Shown one piece after another: positions 38,301 to 47,083 of a stretch of DNA of 64,000 nt (its first letter is position 1; each line of letters opens with the position of its first letter). The position numbers and the translations under genes are program-made. Under the pieces are notes generated by a model. The model ran no database searches and was not told the DNA's origin. It saw only the letters and a program-made list of their open reading frames with translations. The stretch comes from an uncultured Pseudomonadota bacterium (GTDB lineage Bacteria; Oederibacteriota; Muellerivitia; Muellerivitales; Muellerivitaceae). Location: NCBI GenBank assembly GCA_963836235.1, contig CAWIIP010000004.1, forward strand, positions 192,001 through 256,000, read 5' to 3'.

Positions 38301-38588
38301 TCTGAGATAGTGAACGAAAGTATGAAACCATTTCAATCCGCAGGATTACTTGGCGAAAGAGATATTCACAAAAAAGCTCTTGGATTACCAATACCCGCAT
38401 TCGACCCAAAAAATATTTTGCATAAGGAAATTGCTGATCTTGGTAAAGCTTCTAGAATTAAAGCGGCGACTTTGGTAAATCCGAAATTTCTCGAATCATC
38501 TTTAGCGAAACAAAGAGGAAATATTAGGGAAGGTGTAAAAGAAATTCTTGATAAAATTAATCCTTTAGTTAAAGGCCTTATTACTTAG
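35367..38588 (+). CDS. Type IIG restriction-modification enzyme (N6-adenine MTase)
   Basis: GEYYTPDW, DPSCGSGSF (motif I), GNPPW (motif IV); N-terminal nuclease-like region; C-terminal TRD. Confidence 0.88.
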   Translation: MSIKRLDKALTNIFKSYLRDVKSLLNESAKTHRFVALVSELFPGNPVISDLASSIEKNTLRIDENKKLAKGRIDSYYGNAVIEFENSLKVTGAHAEEQLKGYVAGIWIKEHPKPGKEFRPLIAVASDGIVWRIYRPVFVSLDNGIPNVRLDKLQDFILTEDNLDEFWVWLTSFLFRPQQIEPTAEQFRRDFGASSLAFNEGKEALRQAWKEAQKNKEILLAFETWKKYLTFTYGRLSSEDDSQLNNELVELFLKHTYLACLARLLIWASQSKGKVGEDIRGMIHQIISGVYFVSRGLANLVENDFFQWTRGEQADIILYPIWERILVQLLTYDLRSMKEDVFKSIYQELVDPKDRHDLGEYYTPDWLCERLVEELLPKRGFVSVLDPSCGSGSFLRASISHLLKNNPGLSKEEKLNQILQNVAGIDIHPLAVTIARATYVLALGDLMATVKRPIRIPVYMADSLFLPADVTQTSIFEDESIGIELSFGGEKVIIPDELVKNPDLFDKAISSSTKVAVDHAISGKENLNSLKSFLEKEAPAIGKFKNKKSVYTSLWSYVEKLTRLITLKQNSIWDFIIRNAYRPAMIRNHFDVILGNPPWLSYRYIENPEYQKEIKRLAVDEYKIAPKSQKLITQMELGTVFLAHSLTAFGKEKAKLGFVLPRSVLGADQHSNLRLRKYFAPIRLTGYWDLKGVHPLFRTLSCVLFAEHNEKKGSIGDSLDVLEWEGALEEKDVRWEKAKKSLKVVKALGRVRFHGNSNAFTTKEGSLEEQKVSTYSARFKQGATLVPRNFYFVNVKDLGKKVEPNKLYWAETDPEQAKQSKPTYKEVRMSGHVEGRFIFSTALAKHLLPFVLLDTPKVVLPSEYKNGYFNVVTSEELRQNGFREMAEWMSKAEKIWNKKREDKAINQTAYERIDYQKGISAQSLNQRYLVLYNAAGKNISAAYFDRSTSPLPFIVESKLYWMDCASVEECDYVSAILNSEIVNESMKPFQSAGLLGERDIHKKALGLPIPAFDPKNILHKEIADLGKASRIKAATLVNPKFLESSLAKQRGNIREGVKEILDKINPLVKGLIT

Positions 38589-38655
38589 TATTAAGATTAT
38601 TCTGAGCTTGACCGAGACTTAATTTGGTAGTTCGGCACCAAATAAATAAATGGTT

Positions 38656-39141
38656 TTATTTTAAAAATTCTTTAGCCAATTCCTTTGCGTTGTAAACCAA
38701 ACAAGGCCATGTCCCTCCATCTTTTGGGGGTATTTGAAAAACCCAAAACATGAGTTTCGCATTATCATCGGGTAAAATAAGTAATCGAAGTTGTTCCTTT
38801 GTAAAACCCCGGACTACATAATTTCTTTTATCTTGTTCTGAACGGGTGGAACGAAAAATTTCTGCATCTGTTTCTCTGAAAAAAATAGGCATTGCCATTT
38901 TGAAAGGCGTTGGTCCCACAAGCAATACATAATAGTTCCCAGTTATTCTCCCCTTGGACAATTCCATCAATCCCCAAAATGGCTGACCTTCCACGTTTTC
39001 ATCAGGTAATAGTTTTTTTATTCGTTCACGAAAATCACTTAAAAATTCCTTTTTTTCTGTTTCCGACAAAACCCTATGGGGTGAAAAATTCCATTTAAAT
39101 TGTTTTGCAAAAAACTTTAGGTATTGCATTAAAGCTTTCAT
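38656..39141 (-). CDS. Hypothetical protein
   Basis: ATGA-coupled to the upstream HTH gene. Confidence 0.5.
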   Translation of the reverse strand: MKALMQYLKFFAKQFKWNFSPHRVLSETEKKEFLSDFRERIKKLLPDENVEGQPFWGLMELSKGRITGNYYVLLVGPTPFKMAMPIFFRETDAEIFRSTRSEQDKRNYVVRGFTKEQLRLLILPDDNAKLMFWVFQIPPKDGGTWPCLVYNAKELAKEFLK

Positions 39142-39404
39142 TTTGGGTCTTTGTCCCTTTTGGGATTCGAATCATTGGGGAAAAAATCATGTATTGAACA
39201 ACACAAAGCTTTCGCAAGCCTGTACAAGACCCAAGTTGGAATTTGGATTACTTTTTTACGTTCCCAACGTTGAACCGTCCTGGGCGCCACTTCCACCTTT
39301 CCAGCAAGATCCTCCTGAGTGATCCCTTTTTTGATCCTCATTTCGGCTATCCGATGTTGGATTTCTTTTAAAAATGAATTTTCAGAAGGGCTTAAATTGG
39401 ACAT
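39138..39404 (-). CDS. XRE HTH repressor, divergent from the transfer operon
   Basis: RIAEMRIKKGITQEDLA..TVQRWER; likely ATG at 39404. Confidence 0.8.
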   Translation of the reverse strand: MSNLSPSENSFLKEIQHRIAEMRIKKGITQEDLAGKVEVAPRTVQRWERKKVIQIPTWVLYRLAKALCCSIHDFFPNDSNPKRDKDPK

Positions 39405-39436
39405 TTTTGAATAGTATTTCACGCAAAATACTCTTT

Positions 39437-39457
39437 CCACGACCTCTGGGGTCGTGG
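39437..39457. promoter_or_regulatory. Palindromic candidate operator
   Basis: CCACGACC-N5-GGTCGTGG between the divergent repressor and transfer operon. Confidence 0.5.
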
Positions 39458-39576
39458 TAAAAATTTTTGAATAATTGAGAATTACCTCCAAGTCATTCGG
39501 GCAAAAACCATTAGAAAGCTCAAATAAAGCTTTCGGTTTAACGGGGGAGGCCCGCCCTGGACTTATGGAGGGTTAT

Positions 39577-40665
39577 ATGAAAAAGAATTCCGCTATCATT
39601 TTGGGAATATCGCTGGTCGTAATTTCCGCTTTTATTTGCTCAATAGGCTGTAAAAACAGCGGCCCTTCAACCCCTTACGATATTGGATTTACCCCAACCC
39701 CTGTCCGTATTTATGGGCCAGTTAATGCCTTTGTTGAGGATAAAGGGATTGCTGTCCCCAACCTGTTGGTTCAGGCGATACCCCCTTCCGGTGTGACAAT
39801 CTTCAGCCAATCCACCACGGCAAGCGGGATTGCAACCTTTAACCCGCCTTATCTTGAATTGGGGAATTGGACTTTTGTGGTTCCGGCCCAAACCCCGTTC
39901 CCCTATGCCCCTAGCACCATCACCATGCCCGTGTCAGTCGTCAATGAAACGGCCAACTTCAACACGGCGGGGGCTACAATTTATTTGACCCCGACTGTGC
40001 CGGAATCTTTCACTTCAACCAACCCCGGCTCCCCCTATACCTACAGCATGATTTACAGCCAGCCCGGAAATTTGTTCATTCCGGGAAAAATCGCCTTTTC
40101 CGGATTTCCAACAAATTGGAGCGCGTCTTACGGACCAGCGACGATTGGATATGGGAATTCCGACACCGGCTCCGTTACTGTTGTTGGTGTCAATTGTGTG
40201 GACAGGCAACCCAGTTTCGCAGTGACCGCTCTCGATTTGGAACCAACGCCTTATCCCCGCGCCAACAGTTCACCACAGACCATCACCAAAAGTTTCACAT
40301 CGACGGTCACCGTTACTTGGAACACGACTGGGTTGAATTCCGATTTCTGCAACAACGGAACTGCAATTGGAATCGTATATGGAACCCTTACTGTTTCAAC
40401 TTCCAATGCTTGTTCTTACGATGCCGTTGTTTCAGTTTCAATGAACGCGGGGAATTGTTGTTACAGCCAATTCCAGACACCCAATGGAAACGTCTCAGCC
40501 GCGAATTGTGGCGGGGGTGGAGTTAATTTTGGACCGGGGTCCTATAACTGCACTGTCCTGAGTGGTGCCACTTGGGGAGCCCTTAATTGTTCCTTCAACG
40601 GTGTCTCACATACCGTGAACGTTCCGACATCGGGTTCTGTCCAGCTTTTAAGCACAAGTTACTAA
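39577..40665 (+). CDS. Lipoprotein, beta-rich with Cys-rich C-terminus (adhesin-like)
   Basis: Signal peptide ending SIGC; Thr/Pro-rich Ig-like strands; ATG after GGAGG. Confidence 0.65.
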   Translation: MKKNSAIILGISLVVISAFICSIGCKNSGPSTPYDIGFTPTPVRIYGPVNAFVEDKGIAVPNLLVQAIPPSGVTIFSQSTTASGIATFNPPYLELGNWTFVVPAQTPFPYAPSTITMPVSVVNETANFNTAGATIYLTPTVPESFTSTNPGSPYTYSMIYSQPGNLFIPGKIAFSGFPTNWSASYGPATIGYGNSDTGSVTVVGVNCVDRQPSFAVTALDLEPTPYPRANSSPQTITKSFTSTVTVTWNTTGLNSDFCNNGTAIGIVYGTLTVSTSNACSYDAVVSVSMNAGNCCYSQFQTPNGNVSAANCGGGGVNFGPGSYNCTVLSGATWGALNCSFNGVSHTVNVPTSGSVQLLSTSY

Positions 40666-40677
40666 GGGGCCTGGATT

Positions 40678-41433
40678 ATGAAATATCTACCGGCACTTTT
40701 ATTGATTTGTTTGATTTATGGATGCGGAAAAGGCCCTTCTGGACCGACCGGGCCTCAAGGTTCCCCTGGTACGGGTATCCCTTCATTTCAATTGGAATTC
40801 GAGCAAGGGATATTTCCCGACGCCGGATATTCCGGAGTTGACACCCACTGGCTGGATGGAAGCAATCCCAATACAGCGCCGGGTACGGGGGAGATTGAAG
40901 TAGCCACCGGAACAACCACCTCGAATGTGGCTTTGGGGTTAGTGAGGTTCGACCTTTCTTATGGCATTCCATCAAACGCCACAATCACCGGCGCAAGTCT
41001 GGAATTAACAACCGAAACCGGTTCGATCCTTTCAGGCGGGACTTATGTTTTTGGCATCCATCAAGTCATCCAGCCACCTGCCGGGCAGGTGCCTTGGAAC
41101 GACTCAAGTACATGGAATGTTTTGGTAACCCCATATGGTTGGGACGGGGGGACCAGTTCTCCCGTTACGGCGGGGGCCGATTACAACTCGACCCCGATGG
41201 ACGCTGTGACTGTTACCGCCTCGCAGGTCAACGCAACCCAAATTCTCCTAGCTTGGAATATCACGCCTGCCCTTGCCCAGGTTTGGGTGAACAAAGCCAA
41301 TAACAATTACGGAGTTTTGATTTCGCCGGAACCAGAAATAAGCGGGTCGGTTTCAGGCTTTATTTCGTTTTGGGATAACACGGGGAACTCCCAACAAAAA
41401 CCAAAGATGATTGTTTCTTACACCATTCCTTGA
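40678..41433 (+). CDS. Lipoprotein with short collagen-like segment and DNRLRE/CBM96-like domain
   Basis: IYGC lipobox, GPSGPTGPQGSPG, LVRFDLS..IPSNATI..ASL, NNYGVLI, PKMIVSY. Confidence 0.7.
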   Translation: MKYLPALLLICLIYGCGKGPSGPTGPQGSPGTGIPSFQLEFEQGIFPDAGYSGVDTHWLDGSNPNTAPGTGEIEVATGTTTSNVALGLVRFDLSYGIPSNATITGASLELTTETGSILSGGTYVFGIHQVIQPPAGQVPWNDSSTWNVLVTPYGWDGGTSSPVTAGADYNSTPMDAVTVTASQVNATQILLAWNITPALAQVWVNKANNNYGVLISPEPEISGSVSGFISFWDNTGNSQQKPKMIVSYTIP

Positions 41434-41442
41434 GGTGGATAT

Positions 41443-42660
41443 ATGAAAAAGAGAATATCTATTTTTGTGGTCCTGATTTTATTTCATTCGGTGATGGCTT
41501 ATGCCAAGACAAAACCGAAAACCACCCCTACCCCAAGCCCAACTTCAACCCCGGAACCTAAGCCCCGGTGGGTCCCGCCACCCTATGTTGGCAACGACTC
41601 CAAAGTCCTCAATGCGACTGTTGCGGCCCATTACGAGAGTGCCGCTTCCGGGAACCTTGGCTATTCCTTATTCGACCTTTCTGGTATCCGAAAACTCGAC
41701 GAGAACGACGTTTCGGCCCAAGGGACCGTCCGGTTCATGAAATATTTTTCCAGTTCGGATGATGTAGGGGAACTCCAATTGAGGGAAGCCAATCTTTCCC
41801 TTTCCGAGCCCTGGATTGAAGTAAGGTTGGGCCGGATGGATTTGTCCGATATCGCAAGTACCACCCACTTTTTTGGGCGTTATCCCTTGATGGGTTTGAG
41901 GCGATTGGACGGGATCAAGGTTTATATCCCTTTCAAGTTTTTCTTCGGAGTTGAGGATTACAAGAGCGTTTCAAGCCCGCCGACATCGTTAAGCTTTTTT
42001 TATTTTCCAACCCTTCTTTCGGCCCAGGACGCTGTCATTGACGGTTCCCAAGGTTATTTCATGGGACAGGCCCGCATGAAACTCAATTTCGGGGATATTC
42101 GGACAGTCCTTCTTTTCAACATGGGGGCCAGCTCGTCGGATGATTTTGAATACTCCTCCATGAGTGGGAATCCTGCCTACTCCATTTGTGGGGAGGCCAA
42201 CTTCAGCAGGGATTACACCCTTTACTTCGAATACGGGGTTCAGGATTCCGCCAGGTCGGGCGATACGAGCGCATTCACATTTGGGGGAAAAGCCGAGCAT
42301 CTATTTACCTTCGACTTCCTCTCCCTCGACCAAGTCATTCTGGAAGTCCAAGTTCCGATTGCCAACAATCCCAATAATCCATTTACAGGCGGGAACGGCA
42401 TTGATCCGGCATCCGCAGTACTCCCTCAGACCGCTTTGTATGGGAAGGCGCGGATTCGAATTCGGTCTATTTTCATTGATTTCAACATCACTGATTCTTT
42501 GGGCGATTTCACCTTCGCTCGGTTGAATCCCAACAACATCAACACACCTTTACCCATGCCGGTGGGTGGGGGGAATGAGACGGACGGCCTGGAAATCCCG
42601 CTTCTCTCATCCGGTTACAACAACTACGCCTTCAGCGTGGATACGGGGGTTCAGTTTTGA
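41443..42660 (+). CDS. Putative outer-membrane beta-barrel protein
   Basis: Signal peptide, amphipathic strands, LREA..EVRLGR porin-like segment, C-terminal VDTGVQF. Confidence 0.6.
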   Translation: MKKRISIFVVLILFHSVMAYAKTKPKTTPTPSPTSTPEPKPRWVPPPYVGNDSKVLNATVAAHYESAASGNLGYSLFDLSGIRKLDENDVSAQGTVRFMKYFSSSDDVGELQLREANLSLSEPWIEVRLGRMDLSDIASTTHFFGRYPLMGLRRLDGIKVYIPFKFFFGVEDYKSVSSPPTSLSFFYFPTLLSAQDAVIDGSQGYFMGQARMKLNFGDIRTVLLFNMGASSSDDFEYSSMSGNPAYSICGEANFSRDYTLYFEYGVQDSARSGDTSAFTFGGKAEHLFTFDFLSLDQVILEVQVPIANNPNNPFTGGNGIDPASAVLPQTALYGKARIRIRSIFIDFNITDSLGDFTFARLNPNNINTPLPMPVGGGNETDGLEIPLLSSGYNNYAFSVDTGVQF

Positions 42661-43163
42661 AAGGGGCATTTCTTTTCATCATTTTTTGGTTTGTTTCCAG
42701 GGCCTTGGCCCAGGACGGCAACCCATTCACGGACGTCCGGGACAGGGACCAATGGTCTATAGAACAGGTTATGGAGCATAAAGCCCCCGTGGATTCATGG
42801 GATGGAAGTTCAAATGAAGGAGGCACCCACCGGGGAAAAAGACCTGCTCCAATTGCTCCCCCAACCGCGACTCCTTTTCAAACTAAATCTTACAACTTCC
42901 AAACCGAAACAGACGAGGCCAAGGTCGGCGCATCCATTACGGATAACGGTTCCAATTTCACCATAGATATTTCCTGTGACCAAACGATCCAGGGTTGGCT
43001 TTTGAAATTCCAATCAACCAAGCAGGTTTTCCTGAAAGGGGGGGCGCCCACGGATAACCCTTACAAATGCCGGATCGCGGTGGACCGGCCCTATATCAGG
43101 GACTTTGGACTGACCGTTTATGTCACCCAAGACAGTGATCCGGCTTTTATCCAACTCTTTTAG
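42657..43163 (+). CDS. Secreted hypothetical protein
   Basis: Signal peptide ALA-Q; overlaps upstream stop. Confidence 0.55.
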   Translation: MKGAFLFIIFWFVSRALAQDGNPFTDVRDRDQWSIEQVMEHKAPVDSWDGSSNEGGTHRGKRPAPIAPPTATPFQTKSYNFQTETDEAKVGASITDNGSNFTIDISCDQTIQGWLLKFQSTKQVFLKGGAPTDNPYKCRIAVDRPYIRDFGLTVYVTQDSDPAFIQLF

Positions 43164-43172
43164 GCGGTAAAG

Positions 43173-43622
43173 ATGGAAAACCAAATACAGAAGTCGGAAA
43201 ACTTAAAGACTTTTCATCCTTCATTTTATCAATGTACGCCCGTGCTTTTTCTCCCCTTTCCGTTGTTTCTTTTTGTCCTCTTGGGAGTCCGGCTTTATTA
43301 CATCCTAATGCTGTTTTGGTTCATGGAAATGTCGTTTCTTTTATTTATCTGGGTTTACCTCACAACCACTCTCTACGTCATCAGGCCCGACCGAATTGAA
43401 ATCAAAACCGGGATATTCGTTAAGCGGTCAAGAACCGTCCCTTTCGACCAAATCATAAATATCACCTGCAAACAGAGCATTGCCCAAAGGCTTTTTAGGA
43501 TTGGGGACATTTTCATAGACACTCCCGGAGGGAAACCTTTTGAGTTGGCTTTGGCGGGGGTCGAGAGACATGAAGAGATGGCGGAATTTCTATTTGCCTT
43601 GAAAAAAAGAGGCAATCCATGA
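43173..43622 (+). CDS. Membrane protein with bacterial PH (bPH_2/YdbS-like) domain
   Basis: 2 TMs then Y.I..DRIEIKTGIF..QSIAQRLFRIGDI.I.T. Confidence 0.8.
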   Translation: MENQIQKSENLKTFHPSFYQCTPVLFLPFPLFLFVLLGVRLYYILMLFWFMEMSFLLFIWVYLTTTLYVIRPDRIEIKTGIFVKRSRTVPFDQIINITCKQSIAQRLFRIGDIFIDTPGGKPFELALAGVERHEEMAEFLFALKKRGNP

Positions 43623-44485
43623 AGGTCATACTTCTTTGTTTTTTGATGTTTAGTGGGGCTTGCCAACTGGTTTTGGCCGACACAACTTCCGACGATCCTA
43701 AAACGGAAGAGGCGTTGAGGAACAATGTCATCGACTTTAGGGATTGGTTGATGAAACAACTTTCCCAATTTCCCAAAGCCGACCCGCATAAAACAGGGAT
43801 GATCCTAAGAAATTATGCATCTCTTCCAAGAAAGAACCGGGTCATCAATGCCAACCAATACAACCAAGCGGCCAAATCAGATTGGGTGAAAGGCCAAGTT
43901 TTGCAGGGCCTTTCCACCTTGAGCCAACAGCTTGCCAATACCGCAGGGACGGCTTTAGCTCCTCAAAGCGCAAGCCAGCTTCAACAATACTCGACTCAAT
44001 TGGGTCAAAGTAACGATCCCCAATTCCAACAGGTTGGAACTCTTTACTCCCAGGAAGCCCAGGCCTTACAAGCAGGGAACACCCAGGGGGCCAACCAAGC
44101 GGCCAGCCAGGTCGCCGCCGTTCCCCAGCCCAATGTCCCGCCAGGATACCAACCCACCCAAAACGAAACATCACTGGCCGCGACCCTTAACCAGATCACC
44201 GGAAGCCTTATCGGTGCGGTCGTTGAGGCAGTTATCGCCATTTATGGCGGACCGGTTGCGGCCTCCCTGTTTTCACCGGCAATTATGTCGATTTTTGGGG
44301 GTGGGCAGAATACCGGAAGTGCCCTAGCAACAGCGCCGAACCCCGCAACGGCGCTTAACACGGGGGGAGTCAATGTCGCACAAACGGGAGGGGGAGCGTT
44401 GATGCAACAGTTGGGTAGTGTGAATGTCAAACCGCTTCAACCCCAAAATTCCGCAAATGCCGGTGCCGCACCACCGGCCCAATAA
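43619..44485 (+). CDS. Secreted Gln/Ala/Gly-rich protein (possible VirB5-like/tip protein)
   Basis: Signal peptide, helical Q-rich body, hydrophobic C-terminal segment; position in T4SS operon. Confidence 0.45.
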   Translation: MKVILLCFLMFSGACQLVLADTTSDDPKTEEALRNNVIDFRDWLMKQLSQFPKADPHKTGMILRNYASLPRKNRVINANQYNQAAKSDWVKGQVLQGLSTLSQQLANTAGTALAPQSASQLQQYSTQLGQSNDPQFQQVGTLYSQEAQALQAGNTQGANQAASQVAAVPQPNVPPGYQPTQNETSLAATLNQITGSLIGAVVEAVIAIYGGPVAASLFSPAIMSIFGGGQNTGSALATAPNPATALNTGGVNVAQTGGGALMQQLGSVNVKPLQPQNSANAGAAPPAQ

Positions 44486-44508
44486 ATATCAATGATCGGA
44501 GAAATTAA

Positions 44509-44871
44509 ATGAAAAAAAGAAACTTTATCAATTCTATAAAGCAGGTAGGGATGACGGGCTATCTCCTCATTCTTGCGGATAAGGCCAATGCACAAGCGAT
44601 TACCAGTATGCCGGAACTTTCCCCGATAAAACTGATGATCCTTTTTGTACTGGATGCTTATGGGGTTTGGAAACTATTGCAATGCGTTAAGAACGTCTTG
44701 GATCACCTCGCCGATTCAAGTAAGGGTGATCCGGCGGCTAAAGATCGGATTTGGGGAAGCGTTCTGGCTTTCATCGGGATACTTATGGTGGGGGTAATGG
44801 TCAATGTTTTAATTCTCAAAGCGGGAGAATTTGGGGCGAGGCCGGTTAGTTCTGTCCTGTCCGGGAATTGA
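44509..44871 (+). CDS. VirB2/TrbC-like pilin
   Basis: Leader ending ANA-Q then two hydrophobic helices. Confidence 0.55.
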   Translation: MKKRNFINSIKQVGMTGYLLILADKANAQAITSMPELSPIKLMILFVLDAYGVWKLLQCVKNVLDHLADSSKGDPAAKDRIWGSVLAFIGILMVGVMVNVLILKAGEFGARPVSSVLSGN

Positions 44872-44878
44872 TCCATTC

Positions 44879-46792
44879 ATGAAAAGAGTTCTTCAACTCC
44901 CACCCCTAATTTGTTTTTGCCTTTTGACCTCGACTTCCTGGGGGGTCTCGGTGTTATCGACCGATAGCGGCCCCACTTCACAGACAATCGAGCAGGGAGT
45001 TTCGGCAGGGATTTTCGATTCCATGACGCAACACGCGGGGGATTGGGTCGCCAATGGGATGAACAAAATCGGGAATTGGGCTTTGCAAACTTTATTTGCG
45101 ATTTACGATAAATATATTGGAACTTTCCTGATTATGATCCCCGATTTGGCATCTCCCCAAACCTATACCGCATTAACCAATGGCTCCCTTAATACATCCG
45201 CCAATGCAGTCCAAGTCGTTCTAAATATTCTAAAAATTACCAGTGGGACAGGACTTTTCATCCTGATAGTAGGGTTTGTTATAGATACGGGCCAAAGGTC
45301 ATCCGGTTTGTGGGATAGGTTTGTCGATGGATCAACCGTGATTGGGTTCGTTGCGGCTTTCCTTTTTCTTTTCGCTTGGCCGACCGTTCATTCCTACCTG
45401 ACCAATGGGATAACGGCGATGGGTTATTACATTTATAACCAGAATACTTTGCGCACTTCCGGCGTTTTGGAGGGCATCCAGAATATTGACCTAAATTCTG
45501 ATGGTGTAGCGACTTCCGTTCAATTGGCCCAATTTGATTTCCGGGGAAATTTCATCACGATTCAGGGAATCATTTGGAATCTTATTTATCTCATTTCCAT
45601 TTCCTTGGTCGTCTTGGGTTTCTACAACTGTTATTCGGCGGTATCCGCGGGGGATTCCCAGAAAGGCAGTTATAAATTTTTTCAGGCCGTTGCCGGAATC
45701 ATCCTGATTCTCGGTGTTCCCACAATCATCCATGTTTTTATCGACAAAGGAGCCGACGCTTTGGGGACCCAACAAGCCATTCCGGGGCAATCCCTTACTC
45801 CTTTTTCCATGCAAGGATTGGTTCAGGATAACGGCGTTCAGTATCCCCAACAACAGGGGCAAGCCCCGCCCAACATTGGAACAGCAGGCAATAGTACCCA
45901 AGTTCCTGGAACAAGCCGTTTAGCGATATTTTCTGCTGGCCTTGTGAAATGCGGAGTTTCTATTTGGGGACTCATCGTCTGCTTTTCGGTGGTCTTCGCA
46001 AAGTTTTTCCAAATTTTGAATCTTTGGGTCATGTTCATCCTCGGTCCCGTTTTCATCGGGTGCCTTGGGCACCCGGCCACTTCCTCTATTTTTTGGGGCG
46101 CGGCCCGGTACTTTTTAAAACTCATCCTTTATTCCGTAATTTGGGCAATCACCCTTGTCGGCCTCTATTTGATTCCAAACATCAATTGGGGTGTGGAGAC
46201 AATTGGTGTGAACAGTCTCTTGACGGCAGTCGCCGTACTTGCCGGTCTTCAAATGATCGCCAACGTCCAAGAATTCGCATCCCTTTTCACAACCTTTTCA
46301 GGCGCAAACCTGAGAGGCGAAGGTTACAAGGAATCCTACCGGGATACCAAGGCAGCCCTTGGGTCGGCCAATTCATTACGCCTGGGAACATTTGGAGCCC
46401 TTCAAGGCGCATCGGGTGAGACAAGTCAAGGGTTGGCCGCCGCCACGGGTGCGGCATTCGGGTCAATTATTCCCGGTGTGGGGACGGCTAGTGGTGCCCT
46501 GGCAGGGCAAAAGACGATGAAAGGTTTTAACTCTTTAGCCAAATTGGGGTCTATGGGTGGCAGGGGAAAGGGTGAGGAAGAATCGGACAATCCGATTTCA
46601 AAAGCCCTTAAAAAGTTTTCCGGCAATGTAATTTCCAAGAATCTTTCTAAGGAAGACCAACAAAACAAGTCCTACTCGGTGGATGAAAGAAAAAAACGCC
46701 AATTGGTCAGTGAATACGCAAAAAAACTCCAAGGCAAGAAACCAAATCCGAATTCAGGGTATCAGGGACCAAAAGGGAAGAGGAGTGTCTAA
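44879..46792 (+). CDS. VirB6/TrbL-like polytopic membrane protein
   Basis: Multiple TMs, ILGPVFI..L..P.T motif, Gly/Ala-rich then basic tail. Confidence 0.7.
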   Translation: MKRVLQLPPLICFCLLTSTSWGVSVLSTDSGPTSQTIEQGVSAGIFDSMTQHAGDWVANGMNKIGNWALQTLFAIYDKYIGTFLIMIPDLASPQTYTALTNGSLNTSANAVQVVLNILKITSGTGLFILIVGFVIDTGQRSSGLWDRFVDGSTVIGFVAAFLFLFAWPTVHSYLTNGITAMGYYIYNQNTLRTSGVLEGIQNIDLNSDGVATSVQLAQFDFRGNFITIQGIIWNLIYLISISLVVLGFYNCYSAVSAGDSQKGSYKFFQAVAGIILILGVPTIIHVFIDKGADALGTQQAIPGQSLTPFSMQGLVQDNGVQYPQQQGQAPPNIGTAGNSTQVPGTSRLAIFSAGLVKCGVSIWGLIVCFSVVFAKFFQILNLWVMFILGPVFIGCLGHPATSSIFWGAARYFLKLILYSVIWAITLVGLYLIPNINWGVETIGVNSLLTAVAVLAGLQMIANVQEFASLFTTFSGANLRGEGYKESYRDTKAALGSANSLRLGTFGALQGASGETSQGLAAATGAAFGSIIPGVGTASGALAGQKTMKGFNSLAKLGSMGGRGKGEEESDNPISKALKKFSGNVISKNLSKEDQQNKSYSVDERKKRQLVSEYAKKLQGKKPNPNSGYQGPKGKRSV

Positions 46793-47083
46793 ATGGCTAT
46801 TCCTTTAGAAAAAGAATCCAAAATGTGGGGTCTCTTTTATACCTCCGATTTTAACAAATTGATGTTTGCCATTATCGGCAACGCCCTTGCCTTCATGGTG
46901 TTTTTCATTTTTTGGGGCCTTGAAGGCGCATTAGTCCTTTTCTTCGCAACCATGATCCTCGTGACCACTTACTACGTCATGAAGAGTTTTTGGCCCGAAA
47001 AATACTTTGAAAACATCATCCGTTACCACAACGAACCAAAACAATATTTTCCCGGCGGGGAAGCAAGCGAGTTTGAGAAATGA
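46793..47083 (+). CDS. VirB3/PrgI-like membrane protein
   Basis: Small 2-TM protein overlapping virB4 start; E.K.WG and PKQY motifs. Confidence 0.6.
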   Translation: MAIPLEKESKMWGLFYTSDFNKLMFAIIGNALAFMVFFIFWGLEGALVLFFATMILVTTYYVMKSFWPEKYFENIIRYHNEPKQYFPGGEASEFEK

